The notes beneath the pieces are model-generated. The model did no database searches, was not told the origin of the DNA, and worked only from the letters and a program-made list of their open reading frames with translations. Shown here piece after piece: positions 22,250 through 34,700 of a DNA stretch of 39,699 nt. Origin of the DNA: Saprolegnia diclina VS20. Lineage: Eukaryota. The position numbers and the translations under genes are program-made. The first letter of the stretch is position 1, and each line of letters begins with the position of its first letter. The stretch covers positions 1,262,929 through 1,302,627 of the forward strand of contig NW_008246069.1 in the NCBI RefSeq assembly GCF_000281045.1, given 5' to 3'.

Positions 22250-25095
22250 AACATGGGGCGCAAAATAACAAAACGAGAGGAAGCACACGTCTGCGCAGCA
22301 TGCAATTAACATCGCCGGTGGGTCAAGCAGAAATGCACTGTCTGGGCAAAAGGTGGTCGTCAATATGTATCTTGGCCACGTGAGCGCTATCATAAGCAAG
22401 TCTCTGCAGTTGTTGAAGGCAGTCGACCTGGACATAGCTGTTTCGGGAGGTGGTCTCTCGACTCCAACAGCGACTGACGGCAGCGGCGAGGCGTGTGTGT
22501 GCCGCAGGCTGAAACGAGGTGGTAGCCAAGCCACTCGTCGTGGAGCTGGGCGTTGCTTACTCCGTTGGAACAGGTACATCGCTTGGATACGCTGCAGCAA
22601 ACGTTCAAGACGCCGTTTGGTCCGGAACACAGCGCGAATCGAAGCCGCTTCGGGCGTCTCGGGGCGGAAGACTCGGTCGTTTCGGGCTAGCCAGGCGGCG
22701 AGGAGCACGCAAGCGCGTAGAATCGGCCACACGATGCCAACCGCGCGTCGCTGATAGCGTTGGAAGGTCACCAGCGGTGCAAACAAGCAAGTCTCTGCAG
22801 CCATTCTAGTGTCGGCGTCTTGAAGTTGAATGGCACCGCAGCAGTGTCTGGCTCGAAGCTAGTCACAAATGTTTTTTGTCCAAATCCTAGTGTTTGGGAG
22901 CTGCAGAAACAACGGACACATCCGTGCGACTCGACCCGTACTCACAGACACCTCTGTACAAAAGCCCGCCTACCGTTGAGGTCAAGAATTGTCCGGAAGC
23001 AGACCTTCAACTGTCGCGTGCCAAAGGACGTGTCAAAAACGAGTTGGCCCGTCACCTTGCTGAGATACTAAGGTCGACTCCCTTTACACAACGAGTTACT
23101 GGATCAGAATTGCGAATGTGGGGCGAAGGATCTCAATAGAAATCGTCAACTTGGACTCGCGACTCGGTTCATTATGCCGAGCTTGATGTTTTCATGGACA
23201 GCTCCGTTGTTGAGACTACACCACGACTCCACCTGCAGGCATCTCCGTGAAAGAGCAAAAGGGACGATCGTTCCAACGCCTAGAGCGAACTACGTGTGAC
23301 CGATTCCGCTCCTGGCAACAACCAGAACGTGAAACACCAGACAGAGGGAGGCCGTACTCCCTAAACACCGGCTAGTGTACTACAAAGCAGAACGGAAAGT
23401 GGTAGCTAAGCTACATCTACTGACTGCTGCCAAAGACTGTACAGTCTCACATCAACGGGCTTCTCCCGTAGGACTTAACATGCAAACACACATCGCCTTG
23501 TCCCGGCCTAGTGGTGTTGACGTGGGCTAGGCTCACACCCAATGCCCCACCACTGTATGCGACCAACGGTCACACTACGACATGAGACTCTCGCAGGACA
23601 GTTTGATGATAACGCCGTGTTGGCCCTGTCGGCCGGCTACATGCTATGGAGCGAGAAATCTTGTTCTCCCTGCGTCGACGTACGAAAGAGGTGACAAGCC
23701 CTAGCTCACGTTTTTAGTCCACTGCCTTGATTCAGAGTGAAAACTGGTGTGGTGTGTATCTTGTCCAAAGTACTTGGGCGTAGTAACGTTGTGGATAAAA
23801 GAACGCAAATGTCATGCGAGAGCTTCGAAACCTATTTCAACCTGTCAACTTGGCACTTGTACTACGTGGTGCTGTCCTTCTCTTGCGGCACAAGAGCTAA
23901 TAACTTGCCAGCCGTCGACGCGGCACTCACTCGCATCCCGGCTGCCTCGTGACCGCATACATATATCGCGGTGCAGAGTCAGCGTACACGGCTGTCCGTC
24001 GGTTCTCGTCGAATGAAGATCTTTGCGTGTTGCTGGAGCCTCTCTGTCTTATGAGATAATACCAAAACGAGATGTCTCTCGGCTGGTGGACGACCGCCTT
24101 CAGCAGCGAATGCTCTATTGGTGCGGCGGCACCAAAGGTATATGGAAGAACCTAGTCAAGAGTGCAGGTAAACCCTTATCCTAGTAGAAAGTCGCATTGG
24201 GCTTCTAGCCCCGAGGGCACTGCGCGGTACCCACGTCCAATGTGGCGGGCGTAATGCTGGAGAAATGGACAATATTGCACTTTTCCGTGACGACCCCGTC
24301 GTGCTGGCAAGACACGGCTGGCTACTCGTCCCACGTTGGCGTCTGTCGACATACATGTTGTATAATGGCACGATGGCCCGTCGCATGCACATGTATCGTG
24401 TTGGAGAGTGTTTACCCCTTGTGCAAGATGGGGCGACGACAAGAAGGAGGTGCGAAGACGACATCAGTCACTGCGAGGACGCTCATGCTTGCTGATTCCA
24501 CTTTTCTGTACAAGTACGAGAGTACGTGCTTTGTAAACCACCAAGTTGTGGCCAAAAATGATCTTTGAGACTCTTCTGGTGCACCCACCACCGTCCACGT
24601 GTCGGTCGGTCGTATCGCCACCACACTTCAAACCTCCACCGTCGTCCTCCTAGTCCATCATTTGCTGCCTCCTAAATAATACCTCCACAACGTCGTGCTC
24701 ATACGACTCATCCATCGCTACCTCGTCCTTCCCCATTCCTCTTTGCCCAAGCAACCATCTTGCCGCTTCGTTCTCTTGCGTTCGTCATGCACACCAAATC
24801 CCCATCGTTCTCATACTATTTCCAAACGCATCATGTAGTGTTCGCACACTATCTCGGTGCAACCTGCGCATCGTGTGATGCATGGGCATTGCGTCTGAAA
24901 AAGGGACCCCCTCATTTAATGGCCACACCATCGATTTCTATTTTAATAGCAACAATCAAATCCCAATACCATCGTCCATATTATCACCACGCCATATAAA
25001 ACACATCCACCCCACCGAATTCCAAAATACGTACGACCCCCTAGTGACTGAGCTTGCAAACCGAAGTGAGGCGAAGGCCAGTCGTTTGCCCGGCG

Positions 25096-25110
25096 TCAGT
25101 TTTCCTTTTG
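25096..25110 (+). promoter_or_regulatory. Inr/FPR-like oomycete core promoter of ATP2 copy B
   Basis: tcagttttccttttg lies 16-30 nt upstream of the ATG and resembles the oomycete Inr+FPR consensus. Confidence 0.45.
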
Positions 25111-25125
25111 CCAACTACAAGCAGA

Positions 25126-26657
<1,532 letters not shown>

Positions 26658-26749
26658 ACTCTAGACATTGACTCGCTGTGTTACCATTCAAATTGTAGTA
26701 TCTTGGAGGTAAAAGGTATTAATAGTTGACAACCCTATTCCCTGTCATC

Positions 26750-28710
26750 TCAACTTGGCCGCTGGAACATGATCAGTGGCTTGTCGATCATTGAGTTAGG
26801 GTGCTCCGGGCGCATGGTAGGCGAGAGCGATCCACCGGAGATGAGCACGCTGCTGCCGCGGGCCTTGGTGCCGCTGTTGCCTTCGAGAACGAGCGTCTCG
26901 GGCGTGAGCTGGCACTGCGTCGCTGAAATGGCGTCCCGCAGCAGCTTGCACCCGCGGAGCGTAATGCTGTTGTAGCCCAAGTGGAGCTCTAGAAGCGTCG
27001 TATTGGCCTCGAGCGCCGTCGAGAGGACTTGGACGATCGTGTCCGACTTGAGCCCGATGCTGGTCTAGACCAGTTGGATCCATCATGTCATCCAGGACTC
27101 CGTCACACTCGGGAGGCTACCAGCTCGAGGACGCGCAAGGTTGCATTGGTGCCAATGGCTTTGCAGAGCGCGACGATGCCCGGTGGCTCGAGTAGCCCGC
27201 CGCTCTACGTGGTCCCAACGTCATTAGCGTCCATCGCAAGCGACGTACAATGTCCATGTGCGATAAGCTCAGTGTCGTCAGAAGCGTCTTGGCAAGGTAG
27301 CTGCCGGCGTGGGGGCCGTGAAAGCTCGCTGGAAAGAGCGCGGTGCGGAGGCGCGGGTGCGCACCCAGTGCCGTGGCCATGAGGTCCCCGATTTCGTCGT
27401 CGAGGACGTTGGCGCCAGCATGGAGGTACGTCAGCGACGCATTCGCCGCCAGTCCACGTGCGAGCGCCTTGCTGCTCTCGAGCGACAAGCTATTCATCGA
27501 CACATCGAGCGACGTGAGCACCGACGTTGTACTCAAAACATGCTGGAGCCGGCACGCCGAGGCCTCCGATAGCCCAATCTCAGAGAGTGTGAGCGTCACA
27601 AGACTCGTGTTGGCCGGTGCGTCGAGCAGCGTCGCCGTGTACGTCCGGCTCTTGCTTTTGAGGAGGAGCTTCTGGCGCGTCTCGTCCGCGAGCGAAAGCG
27701 GCTCGGCGGCCAGCGGGCGCAGAAGGTCGACACCACCACCGTCGGCGATCGCCGGGTTGTGGCTCATGTGCAGCGTGCGCAGAGTTGAGTTGGTTTTGAG
27801 ATTGAGCCACGCGAGACAACCCTCGCTACCAATCTGGTTGTGTGCAACGTCGAGGTGCGTCAACGCCGCGTTGGTCGCCAAGGCCTCGGCGAGCGCGATC
27901 GCGCCGACCGCCGTGATGGCGTTGTAGCTCAACACCAGCGTCTGCAGTGACCCATTGGTCGCGAGTGCTGCGCTGAGCAGCAGCAGGCTCTCGTCACGCA
28001 GACCGTTGCCGCCCAAGTGGAGCGATTGCACAAAGTACTATACCGTGCACAACTTGTCTGCTACATTGGCGACCGCTTTCGTGACGTACGTTGGTCGCCA
28101 ATGACAACGTGAGACGGCGCATGTCACCGGCCTGCACGTAGCACCCGCGCAAGTCGATGGCTGTTGGTTGGGGCTGGCGACGCGCGTCATCGTCGTCGTC
28201 GTCGACTTGGTAGTACTCGGCCGCCCGGCCACGCGGTGGCACAGTTGCTGCTTTGTCGACAACGCAGTAGCGACCCTAAACACGAGCGCGATCGGTTTCG
28301 CGCCTGCTGAGCCAGCACACCTCGCGGTCCCTTGTGATCCAGTCGCCCTGCAACATCCGTGTGCATCAGTGCCCCATTGCCAACGAACGAGCAAGCACCT
28401 TGATGTACGCTTTGCCGCTCGGATGCTTGCACACTATCGTACCGTCGCGGGGCATCAGTGCATCGCAGAGCACCTACGAGCATGCCACGAGGTGCGGACG
28501 CACGGACGATGCACCTCGCCGAACGCCGTCAGAACCACGTCGTCCGGTTCGAGGCAGCCTTCCCAGCGCTTGGCAAACGGGTCAAAATACACTATGTCCC
28601 GAAACGCGAGAACGTCAATGGCCTCTTCGATGCCTACGGTACATGCCCTCGCCGACAAGGCTTTGGGTAAGCCACCAACCTTCACGGAGCGACGCTTGGA
28701 CGTCGTTCAT
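26750..28710 (-). CDS. RNI-like leucine-rich repeat protein, multi-exon
   Basis: Repeated LxxLxLxxNxI...GaxaLaxAL.N units (LQTLVLSYNAITAVGAIALAEALATN). Short upstream exons can be spliced back to ATG 28710. Confidence 0.8.
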
Positions 28711-28861
28711 GTCGCGCCGGTTTCAAGACCAGTTATTTCGCTGGTCACTCCGAGTTATATAGTCCATTTACAACCCCATTTGCTGTTGGCGGTCGAGAGA
28801 ATGGGTTGGGGTTGTGGATGTTGGGATCGTGTTGGTGCTCGTGGCGGCCACCAAAGGACGA

Positions 28862-29062
28862 ATGAACGAACCTCACTTGCAATCTAGTACGATGCCGCGC
28901 TGTCAGTATGTGTCCTGCCCGCGCGATGCAGCGCCGCACTCGACGGCCTGTGCCGTGCACCGCAACCGTGACGTCTGCAGCGTCGACGGCTGCCACAACC
29001 AAGCCTTTGCCAACGCGCTGTGTGTCCGCCATGGTGGCCGTGAGACTCCTTCGCCCTCGTAA
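28862..29062 (+). CDS. Small Cys/His zinc-finger protein (WRKY19-like C-x4-C...C-x2-H repeats); start 28862 or 28892
   Basis: MPRCQYVSCPRDAAPHSTACAVH...CSVDGCHNQAFANALCVRHGG. Confidence 0.65.
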   Translation: MNEPHLQSSTMPRCQYVSCPRDAAPHSTACAVHRNRDVCSVDGCHNQAFANALCVRHGGRETPSPS

Positions 29063-29150
29063 CGCGCTCATCTCGAATGTAACTCAACTCCAAGTTTTTA
29101 TGGAGAATATTGTCTCTTCTTTGCAGCACTTTTGTGGTGCCATAATTCGA

Positions 29151-30437
29151 CTACGGTCGCGGGCTCAATACATGCATGAAGGCCTGGAGCCGAATAGACG
29201 CGGCGAGCGCAAGAAGGCAGAGCACAAAGCTAACGCCAAACATCGGCGTGAAGCAGGAGGCGCCGAGGCACGTCGCGTCGCCATGCGCGGCCCACTTGTA
29301 CAAGAGAGAGGCAAGGGGCCCCAAGAGGAGGGGGAAACCGACTGCGTTGGCGAGACTGATCAAGCCAAAGTTTTTCCCAATGTGCGATGGACCAAAGAGT
29401 TCGCGCGTCACGACGGGAAACATGGCAAAGATGCAGCCTTCCGCGAGCCCCGCCGCGACGATCGGGACGACGAAAAAGCGCGTTGGCACGACCACAAAGA
29501 GCACTTGGGTGACCGCCATGGCGAGGACACCCAGCGAGAGGAACCACGCACGCGAGTGGGACGCGCCAAACTTGTCCGAGAGGACGCCCATACTGAGGCG
29601 CCCGGCCATGTTGCAGATCGAGAAGATCGAGACGTACATTGGCACGAGGTCAATTGACGCGCCGTCGCTCTGCAAGATGAACGCAATGTTGTTGAGCACA
29701 AAGAGCGCCGACCCGACGCCAATCATGACGGGCGCGAAGAGGAGCCAGAACCGCGCGTCCTGCAGCAGCGCCAGCAGCGTTATGTCACTTGTCGTACTTG
29801 CCTCGGGGAGAAGAAGCGGCATTGATTCGTCCTTGGGCGGCGTGCGGCGCGGGGGCGGCACGAGCAGCACGAGCCCAAGAAGGCCCATGAGGCCGTGCTC
29901 GAGGCTCATAAAGCCAAAGAACCCTGGCACGTTGTGGTCGTATCCGCTATGATAGATGAGCGCAAAGATGGCACCGCCCGCGCTATATGCAGCGAGGAGG
30001 AGCCCAACGATCGCGCCGCGATGGTGGTTGCCGTAGATGCCTTCGTTGGCTGCAAGGCCGGCGACAATGGCAAAGCCGCCGGCCTGGCCGACGCCGCCAA
30101 AGCAGAGCGCAATGTACCACTTGGGCAAGTGCGGCCGCGCCGCGAGGTAGGAAGCGAGCGCGTAGCAGAGCGTGAGCAAGGCCAGCGCGACAAGCATCGA
30201 GAGGCGCGTACCGAACCGGTCGTGGAAAAAGCCCGCCCAGATCGTATTGTACATGCCAAAGCTATAGCACGAGCTCACAAAGGCAATCTCGGTTTGCGTC
30301 ATGTTGAGCGTCTCCTTGAGCTGCCCGTTCCAAGCAGATATCGAGTACGACGAGCCCAAGGACGCGTAGATGATGACGCCGGCGACGACGCTCAAGGCGC
30401 GGCGCACGGCGTTGACCTCGGTGGTCCGTGCGATCAT
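29151..30437 (-). CDS. Major facilitator superfamily transporter, nodulin-like/NFD4 type (428 aa, single exon)
   Basis: About 12 hydrophobic segments; motifs GSSYSISAWNGQLKETLN, GFFHDRFG, HHRGAIVGLL, GRLSMGVLSD and ELFGPSHIGKNFG. Confidence 0.92.
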   Translation of the reverse strand: MIARTTEVNAVRRALSVVAGVIIYASLGSSYSISAWNGQLKETLNMTQTEIAFVSSCYSFGMYNTIWAGFFHDRFGTRLSMLVALALLTLCYALASYLAARPHLPKWYIALCFGGVGQAGGFAIVAGLAANEGIYGNHHRGAIVGLLLAAYSAGGAIFALIYHSGYDHNVPGFFGFMSLEHGLMGLLGLVLLVPPPRRTPPKDESMPLLLPEASTTSDITLLALLQDARFWLLFAPVMIGVGSALFVLNNIAFILQSDGASIDLVPMYVSIFSICNMAGRLSMGVLSDKFGASHSRAWFLSLGVLAMAVTQVLFVVVPTRFFVVPIVAAGLAEGCIFAMFPVVTRELFGPSHIGKNFGLISLANAVGFPLLLGPLASLLYKWAAHGDATCLGASCFTPMFGVSFVLCLLALAASIRLQAFMHVLSPRP

Positions 30438-30765
30438 TTGACTTTGTTGAATTTGCACTTGCTGTGTTTGACCCAGAGAACGGCCAATCAGAGCGCGTCT
30501 ATGGACGCCATACAAAACAGCTAGCAACCGTGCCCCGCCTCTCCGATGATGGCACTTGCCGCTTACTACGTACGTTGAGCCGACCGTGGCCGTTGCCTGG
30601 TTGTGGATCGTAGTGGACGCTGTGGTCGTCGTCAGTGGGTCCAGTGCTGTCGTGCGTCGGCGTAGCAGGTGCAGTCTTTTTCATACTGGAACCAATCACA
30701 GGACTGCAAATCGCATATTTTTGACCAATCCCCGCTGCTACCAGTGTATGTATGCAGTGGATTGC

Positions 30766-30788
30766 CTGTTTAAAACCGTTTTAAACAG
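30766..30788. promoter_or_regulatory. Perfect palindrome ctgtttaaaac-c-gttttaaacag in the MFS/LRRC57 divergent intergenic region
   Basis: 11-bp arms with a 1-nt spacer seen directly; regulatory function is inferred. Confidence 0.4.
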
Positions 30789-30843
30789 CAGAAAGGCGCC
30801 GGATAGTCGGTGTCACCGGTCTGGCCTGCAGTAACCAAGACGC

Positions 30844-31687
30844 ATGGGCCAAGCTGGATCGAACCGCGCCAAGAAGGACGCCAAGGCCATCACCAAGAAG
30901 AGCGTCCAGGCCACCAAGATTGAACGCGCCAAGGCGACGGGCATCCTGTCCCTGCACGGCTGTAAGCTCAAGCGCATCCCGGATGACGTGTTTGCCATCG
31001 AGAAGCTCAACACGCTCGACCTCTCCAACAACGAGCTGGTCGAGATTCCAGCGGCCATTGGTCAGCTCATCAACCTCAAGACGCTCAAGCTCGATAGCAA
31101 CCAGCTCGCATCACTGCCGGACCTCTCGGCCTTGACCAAACTGACCAACGTAGCAACTCATGCTGTGCCATGGATCTCACTGTGTTGTTGCTGCATAGCT
31201 CGTGCTCGACAACAACAAACTAGCGTCCTTGCAGGCGCTGCCGCCAGCGCTCATTAAGCTCAGCGCCCGCAACAACCAGCTCTCGGGACTGCCACCGAGC
31301 CTGTGCAGCTTGGCCCATCTCGAGGTTGTGGACGTGAGCCAGAATCAAATCGCCTCGATCCCGTCGGCGATTGCAAGCTGCTTGAGCTTGAAAGAGCTCA
31401 CGCTCGACGACAACCGCCTATCTCAACTGCCCACCGCGCTCTCGCAGTGCGCCAAGCTTAAAGCGCTTTGTGTGCGGCGCAACCGGCTCGGGCCGCAGTC
31501 GATCGCCGCTTCGATCCTCGCGACGTCGGCCGTGCACATTATGCAGCTCGAGGGCAACCCGATGACCAAGTTTGACTTGGAAGCGATGGACGGAGTCGAC
31601 GCTTTTCTTCTCCGGCGCAAGGAACTCAAGGACAAGGAGCTCCACGGCGGCCTCCACACGGACGTGGCGCTCTGCGGCCTCGACTAA
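30844..31687 (+). CDS. LRRC57: Leucine-rich repeat protein, LRRC57-like (intron 31150-31198)
   Basis: MG N-terminus; KIERAKATGILSL; typical LRRs; C-terminal ILATSAVHIMQLEGNPMTKFDLEAMDGVDAFLLRRK resembles LRRC57. Confidence 0.8.
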
Positions 31688-31762
31688 ATCGACGACTAAC
31701 TACAATCCGCTTCTTCTATTGTCCTCTATCGGTGCGTACTACATGCAAAGCATACATCACTC

Positions 31763-34700
31763 TCAGCTGAGTGGAATCGGCTCAAGGCGCGCTTGTTGCT
31801 TCTTGGTCGGACTTCGCGCCGGGCTCCCGAGCGATGGCACGGCCGGGATCGACTTGGTCGCTTCTTTGCGCACCTGAGCAATCGCACTTCGCGGCGCGTC
31901 GAGGTCGTCCTTCTCGGGCGCCGACGTGGCGCGCGTCGACGCCGACACTTGCGGCAAGAGGTCCACCGACGACTGCGTGTGCCGCCCAGGCCCAAGGAGT
32001 TCGTGGGCATGCGGCCCCAGCAGCTGCTTGTTCTTTGGCGGGTCGGCGTCCTTGAGAAACACGAGCGATCCGAGGACCACGTCCAATGTGCACGCACGGG
32101 GCGCGGACGTTGCAATCACTTGGGCCTTCTCGGTCTCTTGCTGCGCGGCTTCCGCTGCGTCGTCGAGCGCAAAGAGCTCGGCGATCGCGTCATCGATCGT
32201 GACAGTCGCCGACACCTGCGTCTACAAGCATTGACATCAGAACGCGCCCTGTAGAGAAGGGATATGTACCCAGTCGGCGAGCGTGCCGTGGTGTCGCGTC
32301 ACTTGGGTCGACGCCTGGAGCAAATGCGACACACCACGGGGCTTTAAAAAGAGTGTCGGGCCCGCGACCGCCATCATTTTCTCCATGACAGCTTCCGAGA
32401 GCGCCGTGTTCTCCAAGCTCGCGGCCATCGCTTCGATCAGCCCGGGCGCCATGATGTTCGAGTCCAAGTGGGACGACATGGCCTGGAGCGCAGTCGCAAT
32501 GATGTGGCACTTCATCGGGGCATTCGGACCCGTCGCTCTCTGTCCAAGCGCAATCAGTGTCTTGATGCCATCGTGGTGAATCAAAATGCCACGCGCGCGC
32601 CGGTGGCAGCTTAAGTTGTACAACGTGACGATTGTGTTTTCGCGCGTGTCGGCGACGCGGGAGCCCGCCATGGCGAGGATGATGGGGATCGCATGCGCTT
32701 GGGAGGCGACCCGCGCGCGGTTGATGTCGTGTATAAAGACCTTGGTTTGCGTGTCCTCCTTGATCACCGTGCCATCTTTCTTGCTCGTGAGGTTGCGCAG
32801 TGTGACCATGCAGTGGTACGAGAACTCTTCGCTCAGGCGCGCAATCACCGCGCCGAGCGTCGCGCTCTCGTCGTCGTCGTCCATGACCATCGCCACGATC
32901 GTCTCCATGACGCCGTCGGCCAACATCTTTTCATGGCACTCGGCGTTCTTGGAGAGGACGCTGAGACACGAGACGATGTCGAGGCGCGACGCATCGAGCA
33001 CCTCGAGGGCTTCTTTCGGTAGTCCGGTGGAGCCCCGGGTCGGCGGATGCGCGGCTGCGAGCGCTTTGGCGTGCGCACTTTGCTGTTTTGCGATCGCGTG
33101 CAAGGCCCGGACGATGCCGTCGTTGACCAAGTCCATCTCGACGCCTTGGTTGCGACAGAGGAGGCAGAGCAGCTCGGCGCACGCCGGCCCGATCTCCGGG
33201 TCGGTGGCGCTGACCATGAGCACCGAGAGAATCTGGACGCCGTGGCACGCAACGAGCTGGAGCTGGTTGGCGGGCTCCGTCATGAGGTTTCGAAGCGCCG
33301 TGACGCAAAGGCCGAGCGTGATGTCGCAAGAGAGTCGCTGGAGGAGGTCGCAGAGCGATGGCACCATCGCATCACGTGTCATGGCGTCGACGCCAACGCG
33401 ACTCGCCGACAGATTAGCAATAGCGCCGGCGCTGTACCGGCGAATGTCTTTGCTTTCGGCCCGCGTGAGCGAAATGAGGAGCCCGACCACGTGGCCGTCG
33501 TCCTTGAGCACGAGGTCGCGCACGTCAACGTTGCACGTTACGTTGCAGAGGACATGGGCGCAGTAGACGCGCGTCTCGGGGTCGCGTGTCTTGACAAGCG
33601 ATGTGAGAATCGCGAGCGCGCCTTCGTGCAGCAGTTGGAGCTCGTGCCCCGATACAGCACTCACGTTGCTGAGGATACCGCAAATGAGCCGCTTCATCTC
33701 TTTGCTGTAGTCTTGCGCGTACATGCCCGAGAGAATCCGGACGATCTCCATGTCGACGAGGCGCGGGACTTTAGTAGGCTCGAGCGAAATGTTGTAGATC
33801 GACCGCAGACAGAGCTGGCGAATGTCTTCCATGTCGAGCTTGGCGAGCTTGATGAGCGCGTAGAGCGCGCCGTCGACGACGAGCTTTTCGCGCGTGTCGT
33901 CGTGGGCGAGGAGGTTGAAGAGCACCTTGGCGCAAATGACCTTGGTCTTGTCGCTGTTGACGCGCAGCAAGGCGACGACGATGAAATCGCTGACCGTCGA
34001 CTCGGCCCACACCCGGCCTTTCAACGGCCCCCGCTAATTCAACGTGGGTTGGAAAATGAATCAGAAAGGAGACGGACGCATACCTCGATCGCGAGGTTGC
34101 AGAGACCGATCGCTGCGCAAATCTGCGTCTCGTGGTGGCCCGTCCGCATCATCGCGTTGAGCCCGGCCGCGACTTCGCCGTGCTTGCCGAGCAGCCGGCG
34201 GCCCCGCATCGAGCACGACATATTAGCGAACGCGAGCGCACAGCGCAGCGTCGTGATCGTGCCGCTGAGGTCGGTTCGAGTCGATGAGTTGGTAGCAATG
34301 GTCTACGGCGGCCATGAGTTCGATGCATCGACCAGCGGTGCGGCATCTACCGGGCTCGACGCGAGAGCGAGAAGGGCCGTGAAATACCCGGCATGTTCCA
34401 TGGCCGCATCCCCGAGCTTGCACAGCATTGACGCAGCGTACGCCTGTGCGCGGGCAAGAAGCGCTGCCGACGCCTTGTCCTTGACGACACTGTTGACCTA
34501 CGCATGTCGCGCGTCCTTTTCTGCGCGCCAAGAAGCTATAACTCTACCTGGATGAAGTGAAGGACCGAGTCGACGGCGCCATCGTCGACCAAGATGTGGC
34601 GGCTGCCTTCGTGCGTGGCCATGTTGGAGAGGAGCGCGAGTGCGTGCATAAACATCCGGTGGCTCAAGCTCGCTTGTTTCTCTTGGATGGGTTCATGCAG

